64,000 nt of DNA, from NCBI RefSeq assembly GCF_001194135.2, contig NC_068999.1, positions 411,682-475,681 of the forward strand, written 5' to 3'. Of the stretch, positions 42,615 through 54,889 are shown one piece after another. Each line of letters opens with the position of its first letter. Positions within the stretch are counted from its first letter, which is position 1. Source of the DNA: Octopus bimaculoides (taxonomy: Eukaryota). Under the pieces are notes generated by a model, which saw nothing but the letters and a program-made list of their open reading frames with translations, made no database searches and was not told where the DNA came from. The translations under genes and the position numbers were made by a program.

Positions 42615-42840
42615 CAACCACCATCAGTATCATCGCCACCATCCAACTAGACGCACCACCATTACCACCAAAATCATCAGCACCACCACCACCACCATCA
42701 GTATCATCGCCACCATCCAACTAGACGCACCACCATTACCACCGAAAGCATCGGCACCACCACCACCACCATCAGTATCATGGCCACCATCCAACTAGAC
42801 GCACCACTATTACCACCAAAATCATCAGCACCACCACCAC
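42615..42840. repeat. 74-bp minisatellite, about 3 copies
   Basis: atcagtatcat recurs at 42623, 42697 and 42771; the copies are nearly identical. Confidence 0.93.
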
Positions 42841-43097
42841 TAGCATCACTGTAACCACAAGCAACAAGACCGGCATAGCATCAGCAATAACAGCAAAAAT
42901 ACCACAATCGTCACGACCACTAACAGCAGCAGCATCTCCAACACCCTCACCCTCATCACCACCACCACCACCAACAATCACCAGACCACCACTACCACAG
43001 TCACCAGAGGGAAGTAGAGAGACGAGTATCTACGAAGTGGTCCCGCATGGTTGATGTAATATCGAATTCTTTTTCAAATCACAACCCACCAACTTAA

Positions 43098-43518
43098 TAC
43101 AAGGCGTGCTCAAAAGGTATCCGACTTTACTTTTTACCGCCAAAACTAATGCCGTGTGGGTAAAATCCTTCGAGTGAAAGATGACGTCATCTTTTCTGCG
43201 CATGTGTAAAAATCTTCGCGCCAGTAGTTCGTGTTAGTTCCCGTTTGTCATGCCTAGAGTAGAATCATGTAGTGCACAATCGTCAGATTCTTGTTTTTCC
43301 ATAATATCACTGTACGCATGGAGATCATAAACTCATGTGATTATGGTCCTCATCAAGACTGATTCGTGGTCTGCCCAGTCCAGCGTGTCCTGAGCATTTC
43401 CATACGGAATTGCTTCTGCTTCTCTACCAGCATCTTGGGGATGAATGTCGCCAACACTTTGCATGCACAAACCCTCCGTTAAAATGGAATGTACATATGC
43501 TGTTCTTATTCCACTTCG
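43098..43518. mobile_element. Tc1/mariner relic: 5' end on +, internal transposase fragment on -
   Basis: TA-CAAGGCGTGCTCAAAAGGTATCCGACTTT at 43098 resembles a mariner TIR. The minus strand of 43321-43518 reads GIRTAYVHSILTEGLCM / KVLATFIPKMLVEKQKQFRME / AQDTLDWADHESVLMRTIIT*VY with frameshifts, matching the mariner motifs HxILTExL...SAKFVPxxL...QK...TIITGDETWVY. Confidence 0.85.
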
Positions 43519-44535
43519 AGAATCCTTTCCGGGATTTGGAATAAGAGGAAAAGGGCGAACAGTGACTGTGCGCAGGATGGAAGAGGCAACAGAAAGTGCC
43601 TCTTGCTAGTTATCGAGCAAGAGGGCAGAGTTAAGCTTAAAGCCAGACCGACCCCCAAATGGCACAGGGTTTCGGTTCACGGTCAAAACACCGGTTGATC
43701 TTTGAATGCCGTCTGATGATACCTGCTCCTCTTTGGCAGAACTTCATTTGCTGAATGGAAAAGAGGCAGCTTCTTCAAGGTGCTATTGATATCTTATGCA
43801 TAAAGAAAACAAGACAGATTGGGAGAATGGTATACAGACAGAAAAATAGAGAGATACACGAGAGGAACGGATGGTGAAACATAATACACAACAAGAAAAT
43901 GCATAGACGATCATAATAAGCGGCCTAGACAGTGATAAATAATTTGACGAGAGTTAAAGAGGAGAGTAAATAGATTACGTCCTTGAAAGCAGTGTGAAGT
44001 TCAGAGAGAAATCATTGCTTTCTACGGTATGAAGTTCATTGTGTTTCTAAGTAAATCTTGCTATATTGCTCAACAAACGCACCTCCAAGTTAAAACATCG
44101 TAAAAATAGATTTCTTAGACCGAATATATTTTATTGAAAGCCATCCCGAGGTTATTAAGATTATAAATATTTTCAGACGTACAAGACACCTTACTAAATA
44201 AATTGTATACGAGTGTGTACGTATGAATATGTATGTATATATTGTTTATACATAACTGCATTATTTATATACACATAATATACCCGCGTGCACACACATA
44301 CAAACACACCCACACACACACACGCACGTATATCTATGTTTATACGATTGTTCTTCGAATTATTGCTACCACTCCTAATGTTTATTGCTATCTTCATTAT
44401 TATTATTATTTCTTGGACATGTTTTTATTGCGTAATATCAACTACCCTACAAAGCGAAGTTCCGTATAAAATGCTATTCTCTGATTTTATATATTATATT
44501 GTTTTCAAAAATGCCGTTTTTTGTCTTCTGTACAG

Positions 44536-44576
44536 TGTCTCCTAATGTTATTTCCTGAGTATCGTTAAAATGGAAG
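44536..44576 (+). CDS. Candidate 41-nt exon carrying a start codon (ATG at 44570; M-E-G...)
   Basis: Strong acceptor ttttttgtcttctgtacag and perfect donor AAG|gtaagt. All frames are closed before aaaATGG, which has good Kozak context, so it looks like a 5'UTR/start exon. Confidence 0.35.
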
Positions 44577-45439
44577 GTAAGTCCCGGGGCTCCCCAATGT
44601 ATTTGATTGCAAGTTCTCCTCAGGCACCAATTATCATAACAATAACAATCACCGTACGATCCTTTCTTTCTCGAATCCTGACAAATTTTCTTCGAATTGC
44701 TTCATACATCATTTTTGTTCTCAGAAGTTTTTCCTTCTTTCTCTGGCAATAATACCACTTTCCAAAACACCATTCTTTCTTTGTAATGTGTGAAAAGATT
44801 GGCCCTTAAGTTCCTCTTATTCGTACGTCGGCTGATATAGATTGAAAAAGTGATATAGTGATATAAAATTCTATATACATATATNNNNNNNNNNNNNNNN
44901 NNNNNNNNNNNNNNNNNNNNNNNNNNNNNNNNNNNNNNNNNNNNNNNNNNNNNNNNNNNNNNNNNNNNNNNNNNNNNNNNNNNNNNNNNNNNNNNNNNNN
45001 NNNNNNNNNNNNNNNNNNNNNNNNNNNNNNNNNNNNNNNNNNNNNNNNNNNNNNNNNNNNNNNNNNNNNNNNNNNNNNNNNNNNNNNNNNNNNNNNNNNN
45101 NNNNNNNNNNNNNNNNNNNNNNNNNNNNNNNNNNNNNNNNNNNNNNNNNNNNNNNNNNNNNNNNNNNNNNNNNNNNNNNNNNNNNNNNNNNNNNNNNNNN
45201 NNNNNNNNNNNNNNNNNNNNNNNNNNNNNNNNNNNNNNNNNNNNNNNNNNNNNNNNNNNNNNNNNNNNNNNNNNNNNNNNNNNNNNNNNNNNNNNNNNNN
45301 NNNNNNNNNNNNNNNNNNNNNNNNNNNNNNNNNNNNNNNNNNNNNNNNNNNNNNNNNNNNNNNNNNNNNNNNNNNNNNNNNNNNNNNNNNNNNNGTGTGT
45401 GTGTGCGCGTGCTTGTGTGTGTGTGTGTGTGTGTGTGTG

Positions 45440-46210
45440 TTCCCAACCCTGCACTACCAACACACGAAGCTCAATGAAAAGCAGACAGGGTACACTGGCT
45501 GAGGTGGGTCTGTAATCACTGAATCCCCGCGCAACCTGGGCATCGACATGAGTAACGATGCATCTTTCGAGGTGCATATTACTACTTTGACAATAAAATA
45601 CAGATGGTTGGCCGGATGGATCCTTCGAATTTTCAGAAGGAGAGAACAGGAAGCCATGATGGTCCTTTGGATGACAATCGTGTTCAGTTATTTGGATTAC
45701 TGCTCCTAACTGTGTTCTCCCCACAGTGTAAAATTAAAGACAGAACTCAATGTGATCCAGTGAAGCTACAGAAAGAAGATCGTCTCAATGCAACTTGTCA
45801 GTTGCTGCGAGGGAATGAAAAAGTAAAGATTCTATTCCTTAGAAGGAAAGCGGGGAAGATACGCAGTAACATACATGTGGAAAATCCTAGAAGAACTTGC
45901 ACCAAAGTTTCGTATTGTCAGTTAGGAGTAGACACTGCAACAGATTGAGCTTCAAGGGTTCACAGCTCTTCAATATTATCCCACAAGAACTGCATGGGGA
46001 AGATGTAGGCGTCTATAAAACAAAAGTGCATCTCCTCTTTCAAGAGTTCAGAATGAACTTGCCTCGCGGCAAGAAACGTAAATGGTGGGAGCGGCATCAA
46101 TCGCTCTCATTTACTAAATACCACATATTAAACAGAGTTTAGTGAAAGTGTAGGAAAGTAAAACGGTGGTGCCTCAGCATGGCCGCAACTCTCGAGCTGA
46201 AACTAGAAGA
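45440..46210 (+). mobile_element. CR1/L2-group LINE 3' fragment (RT C-terminal region, 3'UTR and tail)
   Basis: One frame from 45440 reads RNLGIDMSNDASF...WLAGWILRIF...LDYCS*LCSPH...YSLEGKRGRYAVTYMWKILE, then GSQLFNIIP. Same family as 25500-25984. Confidence 0.92.
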
Positions 46211-46237
46211 GGAAAGTAAAGGAAAATTATATATACA

Positions 46238-46268
<31 letters not shown>

Positions 46269-46706
46269 TTATTCGTGTATGTTTATATTTATCCCGGTAT
46301 GTGCGTGTATATGTGGATTATATATTGGAATCACGCTATTGTATATTTTTCCTTATACACATTTTATGCAATGTCATTTTTCTGGCTTTAAACTCTCATT
46401 TATATTCATGTATTCAAATGATGTTTGCTGAGTCCAAGAACTTTTAAATCCTTCGCAAATTATTAGATTCCCACTCGTGCGCACTCTGTAACACTAAGTG
46501 TGATCATGACGACGATGGCGGAGGTAATAACATATATAATTACAACAAATACAACAACGACCACCACCATCATAAGAACAACATCATCAACAACGACGGC
46601 AACAACAACAACAACAACAACAACAACAAAAACAACAATAATAATTATAAGATTACTTCTGATGCTATTCCTGCTATCGTAATAATAATGATAATCACAT
46701 GGGTAC

Positions 46707-46782
<76 letters not shown>

Positions 46783-46885
46783 NNNNNNNNNNNNNNNNNN
46801 NNNNNNNNNNNNNNNNNNNNNNNNNNNNNNNNNNNNNNNNNNNNNNNNNNNNNNNNNNNNNNNNNNNNNNNNNNNNNNNNNNNNN

Positions 46886-46946
<61 letters not shown>

Positions 46947-46960
46947 ATGTATATATATAG

Positions 46961-46991
<31 letters not shown>

Positions 46992-47834
46992 TACACACAT
47001 ATATGTGTGCATATATGTACAGATATACGTTTGTATATATATATGTATTTATATACATATGCATTCACATTTATGGCTGCCGAAATGCTAGATCTTGTAG
47101 TTCTGTTTATTTCTCGTTGTTTTATTTTCATATACTTTGCATTTCAAATCCAATCCTCAATATATGTGTAGTTTTGTTATTTTTCTTATTCGGGATTTTC
47201 TCCGTGCCGTGTTTCGAGATTTGCAACATTCAGAAGAAGACGAAAAACTAGCGCAAAAGGAAATATAAAGGACAGGAGTAAGAAAATGAACTAAGCAAGA
47301 AAAAGACAAAAAAGAATCTGGAACAATTTTCAGCATAAAGAATAGAAATCCTTTCCGCTCCATATTTCTTTTGCTTTCATTTCTTTCTCTACCTCGATGG
47401 ATTTCACAACAACATCAGCAACAACAACAACAATAATAATGGTTATGATGCTGATGATGATGGTGATCACAATATTAAATGTTGCAATTATGAATGAATA
47501 ATAATAAATGCTCTTCTTCTTCTTCTTCTTCTTCTTCTTCTTCTTCTTCTTCTCATTATTATTATTATTAGCAGTGTCGTTGGTATTATTATCATCGCCA
47601 TCATACATCAACGACAAAACAGAGAAAATATAATTTCTATTCTCATTTTTTCCCTTACGTTTCTACATGAAAACTAACATTATCATCTGTATAGCTTCGC
47701 AGCAACAGCTACAACAATGACAACAGCAATAATAACAATAATAATTATTATTGTTATAAGAATAATTGTAATAATAATGATAATGCTGATAATGATGATA
47801 ATTACTGTACGACTGATGATAACAATATTAATTC

Positions 47835-47869
<35 letters not shown>

Positions 47870-48217
47870 AATTTTATCCGGTGTTAATTATTTATTCATT
47901 GTAATTTTATAAGACAAAATAATTTTTCAACGGTGAGGATGTGAAAAATAATATAATAATGACCTTAAAACTGAATTATAAGAAAATTAAAGAATTTTAC
48001 ATTTGTTTTGAATTCTATTAGAGATTTGTATGCTCACAAAATTCTTGTCAACGAAATTATTTGCTGCATCTGCTCTGCTCAATGAGAAATAAGTGTTTCT
48101 GACATTTATGTGGAAACTACGAGGACTTAGGTTAGATCCATTGCAACAATGTTTTCGGCTACTATGTTTTACAGTACATTTAGTGGACTACGGATGCTTG
48201 AGTTTAATTCCTTTCAG

Positions 48218-48252
48218 GGAAGATTCCGTCAGAAGAAACTGTACTGTCTCAG
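48218..48252 (+). CDS. Candidate 35-nt exon (GKIPSEETVLSQ if joined to 44576; alternative frame GRFRQKKLYCL)
   Basis: Acceptor tttaattcctttcag and moderate donor CAG|gttggt. Phase-compatible with the ATG exon. Confidence 0.3.
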
Positions 48253-49329
48253 GTTGGTAGCATATATCTGTACCTCGGTTTAACACAACTATCCTCCCGC
48301 ACTGTGTACTGTATATTTGTAGCAGTGTTTGAACTGTTGCTCGTTCTTACTCCTAAAAATATCGGCCATCTGTAATCTTCTCTCTTCTCATGACATTGCT
48401 GGAAATGTTGATTTGCAAACAATTGAAATGGATTATATATATATATNNNNNNNNNNGTAAAACGTTGCAATGAGTGCTCAACGCTGCATTGGTGGATAAA
48501 TAGTTTATATATGTATACAAGTATAAATATCTACATACACACACACATACATATATTCATAGACGGAGAGAGAAAGAGAGAGGGGAGAAAGAGAGAGAAA
48601 CAGTAATAATTTTAAGAGCAGGCAAATGATATGGTTTTATTTTCATATATAAGAATCTTCTCAAGAAACAAAACGAACCTACGACTTTCGCTGGCCCCGC
48701 GAGATCGTTAGAGGTCTCGAGCCTCTTAACGTGTCACAAGTGAACCGCTGTTGCACAATCATACATGGTGTAGCATATTCCAGAGAACGGATATTCTGCT
48801 GAGGAAAAGGATGGTGTATTAGTGAATACCCTGCCAGAGAAACAACATTGCTTCTGCTTTAATATATTTGGATGTATCTGAGGACTTTAACCAGCAGTCA
48901 ATATTCTTCTCTTCGGTTTGGCTCCAGCGATTCTTAATCATAGTTGCTGTTTTTTCTTCTTCGTATCCATGAGTATTTTCTTCCATTTTGTCAAGTATGG
49001 ATATCAGTCAAGCAATTTCCTTGAATCGTCTTATCATACCGTTACGTAACCCTTCCAGCTTAGTTTTTAGTTGGTAATTTCTGTAGCAGTTTATCTATTC
49101 TACTCAAGGCTCTATGTTATCTCAGCCTCTGGATTCATTAAACGTAGATATTTTTGTTAGCTCATGTGTTCTAACTATTTACATTGGTTTTCCAAGACTC
49201 CTTTAACATATGTTTTTGTTCTAACAAAGATATGAAAAACACAGTCATCCCTCAAAAGCTAGTATGGTAGGCTAACATACAATTATGTTGTTGCGCAGAG
49301 ACATTGACACGTTCTTGTTCCTCTCGCAG

Positions 49330-49452
49330 TTGCTCCAACGGCTGGAGAGAAGGAAGACAGACAGACCACAAAGCACTGGACTGACACAACACGCTGCCTG
49401 TTCGGGATTCGAACGCAAAACGAAACAGTTATCATCCAGATACCCGAACTAA
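49330..49452 (+). CDS. Candidate terminal exon (LLQRLERRKTDRPQ...SSRYPN*)
   Basis: Strong acceptor ttcttgttcctctcgcag, 40 open codons, and AATAAA at 49474-49479. The 3' half resembles an antisense SINE head, which lowers confidence. Confidence 0.25.
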   Translation: MLQRLERRKTDRPQSTGLTQHAACSGFERKTKQLSSRYPN

Positions 49453-50029
49453 CCCACGTTCATACACATTATAAATAAATTCTTGTAAATATGTTTCTAT
49501 CTTAAAATCACAGTTGCCTTTTATAAATACAGTCATTATTTTCCTGGTTTTTCTGTCTCGACTTACTAATTCACTCGTTTTCCAGTTGAGAAAACTTGAG
49601 CATTAATTGTGACTAGAACGGCTGGAGTATTAATGGCTATTAACATACGATTTACATTGAAATTTGTTTCAAGTATTAATCTAATGCTACTTTCATATTC
49701 CTTCATAAATATCTCGTTCATTTATCTACGTTGTACTCTCCCTAGTTCGTATCTCACTATATTATTAAGTACATTTGCTAGCAATTTATGGTGGCTTGTT
49801 AAATAATTCATCCAGACGTGTTTGATTTTAGATTTTTCCAACTGATGTCCAATTATTTCTGTTTTGCAGCCTCTACATTACTTTTGGCTGATGTGGCTTC
49901 TTACGATTGCGAATTATTTTCTCAACGAACTCTTCCGTTTTGATTCCATCTCTGTCCAAATGTCTCACAAGATTTATTATATTTCCCGTATTGTTCGTTT
50001 TGTATTTTTTATTTTTCTCTTTTGTTTGT

Positions 50030-50200
50030 TTCAATCACTGGACTACGGCCATGCTGGATCACAATCTTGATGGGCTTTAGTCAGGCAGTGCTTATTTTTA
50101 AATGTCTCTAAATTATTCTTTCTCTTTTACCGAAACGTAAAGTTACAGGTACCTGACCAAACCAATCCTAGCTGTCACGGGGTGGTGGAGGATAAATACA
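50030..50200 (-). mobile_element. SINE family A 3' core and tail
   Basis: tttgtttcaatcactggactacggccatgctgg...ctcttttaccgaaacgtaaagttac, homologous to 12975-13150. Confidence 0.75.
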
Positions 50201-50828
50201 TCAAAAGTACAAAAACCTCACCATCACCAACAATAAGACAAAACAACAACAACACACACACACACACATACACGTATATATACGTATTCACAGGTTTCTT
50301 TCNNNNNNNNNNNNNNNNNNNNNNNNNNNNNNNNNNNNNNNNNNNNNNNNNNNNNNNNNNNNNNNNNNNNNNNNNNNNNNNNNNNNNNNNNNNNNNNNNN
50401 NNNNNNNNNNNNNNNNNNNNNNNNNNNNNNNNNNNNNNNNNNNNNNNNNNNNNNNNNNNNNNNNNNNNNNNNNNNNNNNNNNNNNNNNNNNNNNNNNNNN
50501 NNNNNNNNNNNNNNNNNNNNNNNNNNNNNNNNNNNNNNNNNNNNNNNNNNNNNNNNNNNNNNNNNNNNNNNNNNNNNNNNNNNNNNNNNNNNNNNNNNNN
50601 NNNNNNNNNNNNNNNNNNNNNNNNNNNNNNNNNNNNNNNNNNNNNNNNNNNNNNNNNNNNNNNNNNNNNNNNNNNNNNNNNNNNNNNNNNNNNNNNNNNN
50701 NNNNNNNNNNNNNNNNNNNNNNNNNNNNNNNNNNNNNNNNNNNNNNNNNNNNNNNNNNNNNNNNNNNNNNNNNNNNNNNNNNNNNNNNNNNNNNNNNNNN
50801 NNNNNNNNNNNNNNNNNNNNNNNNNNNN

Positions 50829-50880
<52 letters not shown>

Positions 50881-51674
50881 GGAGAACAAAGTGAGCTAAT
50901 AAAGATTTCTACAAAATCGCCCCATAAAGAAATATGTAGTTTGGAGTATGATAAATAAATTCTATATAAAGTTACGTAGACTGCCAGAAGTAATATAAAA
51001 CAGAATAAACATTATATATATAAAAGAAGCCTAATATACGTTTTTCTAGCTGTTTCTATATTAAAAATACAAATAAAATTATAGACAAAGAGTAAATACA
51101 AAGTATTTGAATTGAAATATTGGTATAGAAGCGTGAGGCAGAATATGAAGGATAGAATGTATAAATTTTATGTTGAACTGTCTGGGAATCTCAATATATT
51201 TATACGTAAACATTCAACGGCTGAAGTACATTAAGTAGTTTAGGCTTTAAACTATGCCGGTGGCTACGAAATATAATTATTTCACAAAACATGATTTGAA
51301 TGTGTTTTCAGTCCTACAAATCTACTATAAAAAGTTCTGAGAAATGAAGGGTTAAATAAATAGACGAATAAATATAGTGGACTTGCCTGGAGCAAGATAA
51401 ATTAATATATAATATCTACTGCGTCCCCGAATTAAGAAACAGGTACAAGTATGTATATATGTATGAATGTATGTATATATGTATGAATGTATGTATATAT
51501 GTATGTATGGCTATATATATTTATGTATATGTTTTTATTCAAAGACAAACACACACACATATATACATATATACACACATGTGTAGGAATATTTATGCAT
51601 ATATGCAAGGACAGAGACATAGATATGTTTCAACCGTCTTATTTATTTATCAGTCTCTCTCTTTCTCTCTCTCT

Positions 51675-51711
<37 letters not shown>

Positions 51712-52594
51712 TTTATCAATAAATAATATGTGACAATTACTCGGTAGCCATGATAAAACTCGGAGCTTCGGATCTCGGGGTAGAAACCCACGCCGCGATC
51801 TTTTCAATTATCTGGCCATCGGAAAAAATGCTATGAAAATGACCGTTAAACAAAGGGAAGTTACTGTGTGATTGACCGTTCTTAAGACAAAAGAGCCAAT
51901 AGAATGACCGCTAAGTGAGGGGAGGGAGTAAAGATAAGGAAGTAAAAATGTCCAGGGTATTCACACTTTTTCACAGCTTCTTTTCATAGAAGAAATATAA
52001 ATTTTACTTATAAAATATTCTGTAAAATATATATCGTTAACATACATTTATAGTCAGAGCTTAACTGGAGGTAGAATTAATACTGATTCCGATTAGGGGA
52101 AACCACAAAACCAAAGAAATACTTCGTTATCTAAATGAGAAGGAAACTTATAAATCCATATTCCAAAATATGGGAATTGGAGAACACAACCCTCTCTGAA
52201 TTGAGAAGTTTATCGCAGACTTTAGACCTCTCACCGATATTCAATTCACACTATCCCTATGAATATTACGGTCAAAGGGGACAGAATACAAACTGTCCCT
52301 CCATTATAATCTTTCGCCTTCCGTTTGATTTCACCCTTCCAGATTTTCCTCCACCTTTCTCTTGATTTCTTCTAGTGATTTCTCTTATATCATCGTCTTC
52401 ATTTATAACTTGTATATATCAATTTGCTCAGAGCCCAGAGAGTAGTTGCAGACATTAGGCGCGTTATAAAACCTACCAAGATCATTTCTGTAATGTAAGA
52501 AGTTATTAGTATTTCCTAACTACGTATTGTGTACATTGAACGAAATATATATAGTAAATTTTACTAACTTGAGTTTCGTCAACATTCACTGCAG

Positions 52595-52639
52595 CTCACT
52601 GTGGCTAATCGGCATTGAGAACCGACAAGAGCGAACACG
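52595..52639 (+). other. Candidate 45-nt symmetric exon (xSLWLIGIENRQERT)
   Basis: Perfect branch point TACTAAC at 52562-52568, acceptor cattcactgcag, donor ACG|gtaacc. Only one frame is open. Confidence 0.3.
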
Positions 52640-52679
52640 GTAACCGCCAGGATTATATATCTCGCACAACCATCTTTGG

Positions 52680-52811
<132 letters not shown>

Positions 52812-52893
52812 TGATCCCTTTATCCGTTCACCTTGTCTTATGAAATATCTTTTCATGAATAATAGACACTATCTGGCTCATGTGACCTGATTC

Positions 52894-52977
52894 AATTTGG
52901 AATGCAAAACCAGACTAATTTGGCACGCAAAATCAGACAAATTTGGCACACAAAACCAAAGGAATTTGGCACCCTAG
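52894..52977. repeat. 23-bp tandem repeat x3.5 ending in a possible transposon terminus
   Basis: aatttgg recurs at 52894, 52917, 52940 and 52963. The end tggcaccctag reads CTAGGGTGCCA on the minus strand. Confidence 0.75.
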
Positions 52978-53674
52978 CAGTACTTAATTTGATAGAGAAT
53001 GGACATTGGACGAGAGAATTTAATCGTAAGTATATATGATCAAAGTTGGCTTGTAGCGAAACAGTTATAATAAGAACAACGAAAATAACATCTATATCGA
53101 GATGATCTGAAGAAAACGGAACGCAACTAAACAGACAGCAATCTATTTAGAGTCAGATAGGTTACCGATTCCTGAATCTATCGTAAATATCAAATGTAAT
53201 CCAAACTTAGTGTAAGACAGAGAAAATTAATGGCAAGGATGTGATTAATAGTCGGAAAATATTGTACACTTTGAATAATTTATCTTCGGAATTTAGTTGT
53301 GTGAGTGAATCCCAATCAAGATCAGAGACGAATGAAGGAAACAATAATTAGTTCTAGATTAAATGCATCGTTAATCAGGAACTGATATGGAACTAAAACT
53401 TCCCGTAATTCTTAATGGGTCACCAGTAAAGGTTTTGTCATGTTCCTGTTGAATGTCAAGAAGAAGTTAACTACATAACTACGATCTGAAATATCGCTAC
53501 AGTATGTGAAGAAAGTGGAATGAAATGCTTAAATGGCAAGCAAATCTATAAGAAGGAGTTTGAAATCTGAGGAATCGCTGTGTCAATGATGTGAATATTG
53601 AAATTTAAGAGTAACCGCAACAGGTTTTGATTGCTTTCTCCAGATACATATCTGGTAATTGGTATACAGGGGAA

Positions 53675-53746
<72 letters not shown>
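53675..53746. repeat. (TCTG)n microsatellite
   Basis: Directly visible. Confidence 0.97.
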
Positions 53747-53748
<2 letters not shown>

Positions 53749-54547
53749 GACCATGCATCATATATGATGCATGGTCAACAGTAAAGAATATATCCTGCAT
53801 ATCAAATGCGATACACAGGCAAAGGGTTAATCCACAACTCGAATAAATGTGACTCATTGTAAGACATCTTAATCTTATGAGTCGCAACAAATATCACCCA
53901 ACTGATTTTCATCAAATTTTTTTGTTTCACAAATTTAACACACAAGTATCAGGCTGACTCATAGTTGTTGCTAGGACACAGCTGCCTGGTATCCTGAATA
54001 AGTAGATCGAACATAGCTTCTCCTGATTCTGAAGCGAAATTTCTAACTACTCGACTAATAAATACTTGTGTCATAGACACCCTCGCCTTTCATCTCTCTT
54101 CACAGCCATACACATAAATTCATTCACAAATATATTACCACAATCGATCTAGGTATTGTCTTCACGTCTCCTTTGAAAGTTCAGAGAATTTTATTTATTT
54201 ATCTAAATACACACATATATACATATATACATATATATATAATATTCTTTTTTTTGTGTTAGATTTAATCTTTCGTATTTAGAATTTAATAATGAAATTA
54301 AATTGTATGGTGGAGATACTTATAATCGAACACTAGATACATATTTACATTGATTCCAACAAAGAACTGTTCCAGACACAAAGAGAATACCGAATAATGG
54401 GGCTTCTTATTCCGTTTCGTATCCAACCATTTTAAATTTCAATGTAAACATTTTTTTCTTTTTTGAAATATAATAATTAAATCTCAATGATTTCTTTTAT
54501 TTGTGTGTGTGCGTGTATGAGTGTGCTCTCTCTCTCTCTCTCTCTCA

Positions 54548-54601
<54 letters not shown>

Positions 54602-54889
54602 TAAATATATTATGAGAGACTGGTAAATTTTAGTAAAAGAGAACATATATAATAAAACAATAAAGAAAAGATTAAAAAAACGCATATGAATTAATATCTT
54701 AAGCTATCGTCGCCTCCATAACATCTGTCTGATAAGAAGAGTGGAAACTGTTGGTAAAGTCAATATGATGTTTCGTTTCTGTGTTGTTGTTGTTGTTGTT
54801 TTTAGTGGTGGCGGCGATGTTGATATATGTTGTTATCGTCTGTTTGTATTCTGTAGAAACTGATAAACGGCGATGACATCTATTAACGA

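Noticed and set aside
43598-43623. 9-bp perfect hairpin cctcttgct/agcaagagg
   Set aside because: Expected by chance at this window size. No U-tract, and intrinsic terminators are not relevant in a eukaryote.
48640-49150. Possible decayed R4/RTE LINE on the minus strand (WLKSS...KAE)
   Set aside because: Only a few scattered residues match and there is no diagnostic motif.
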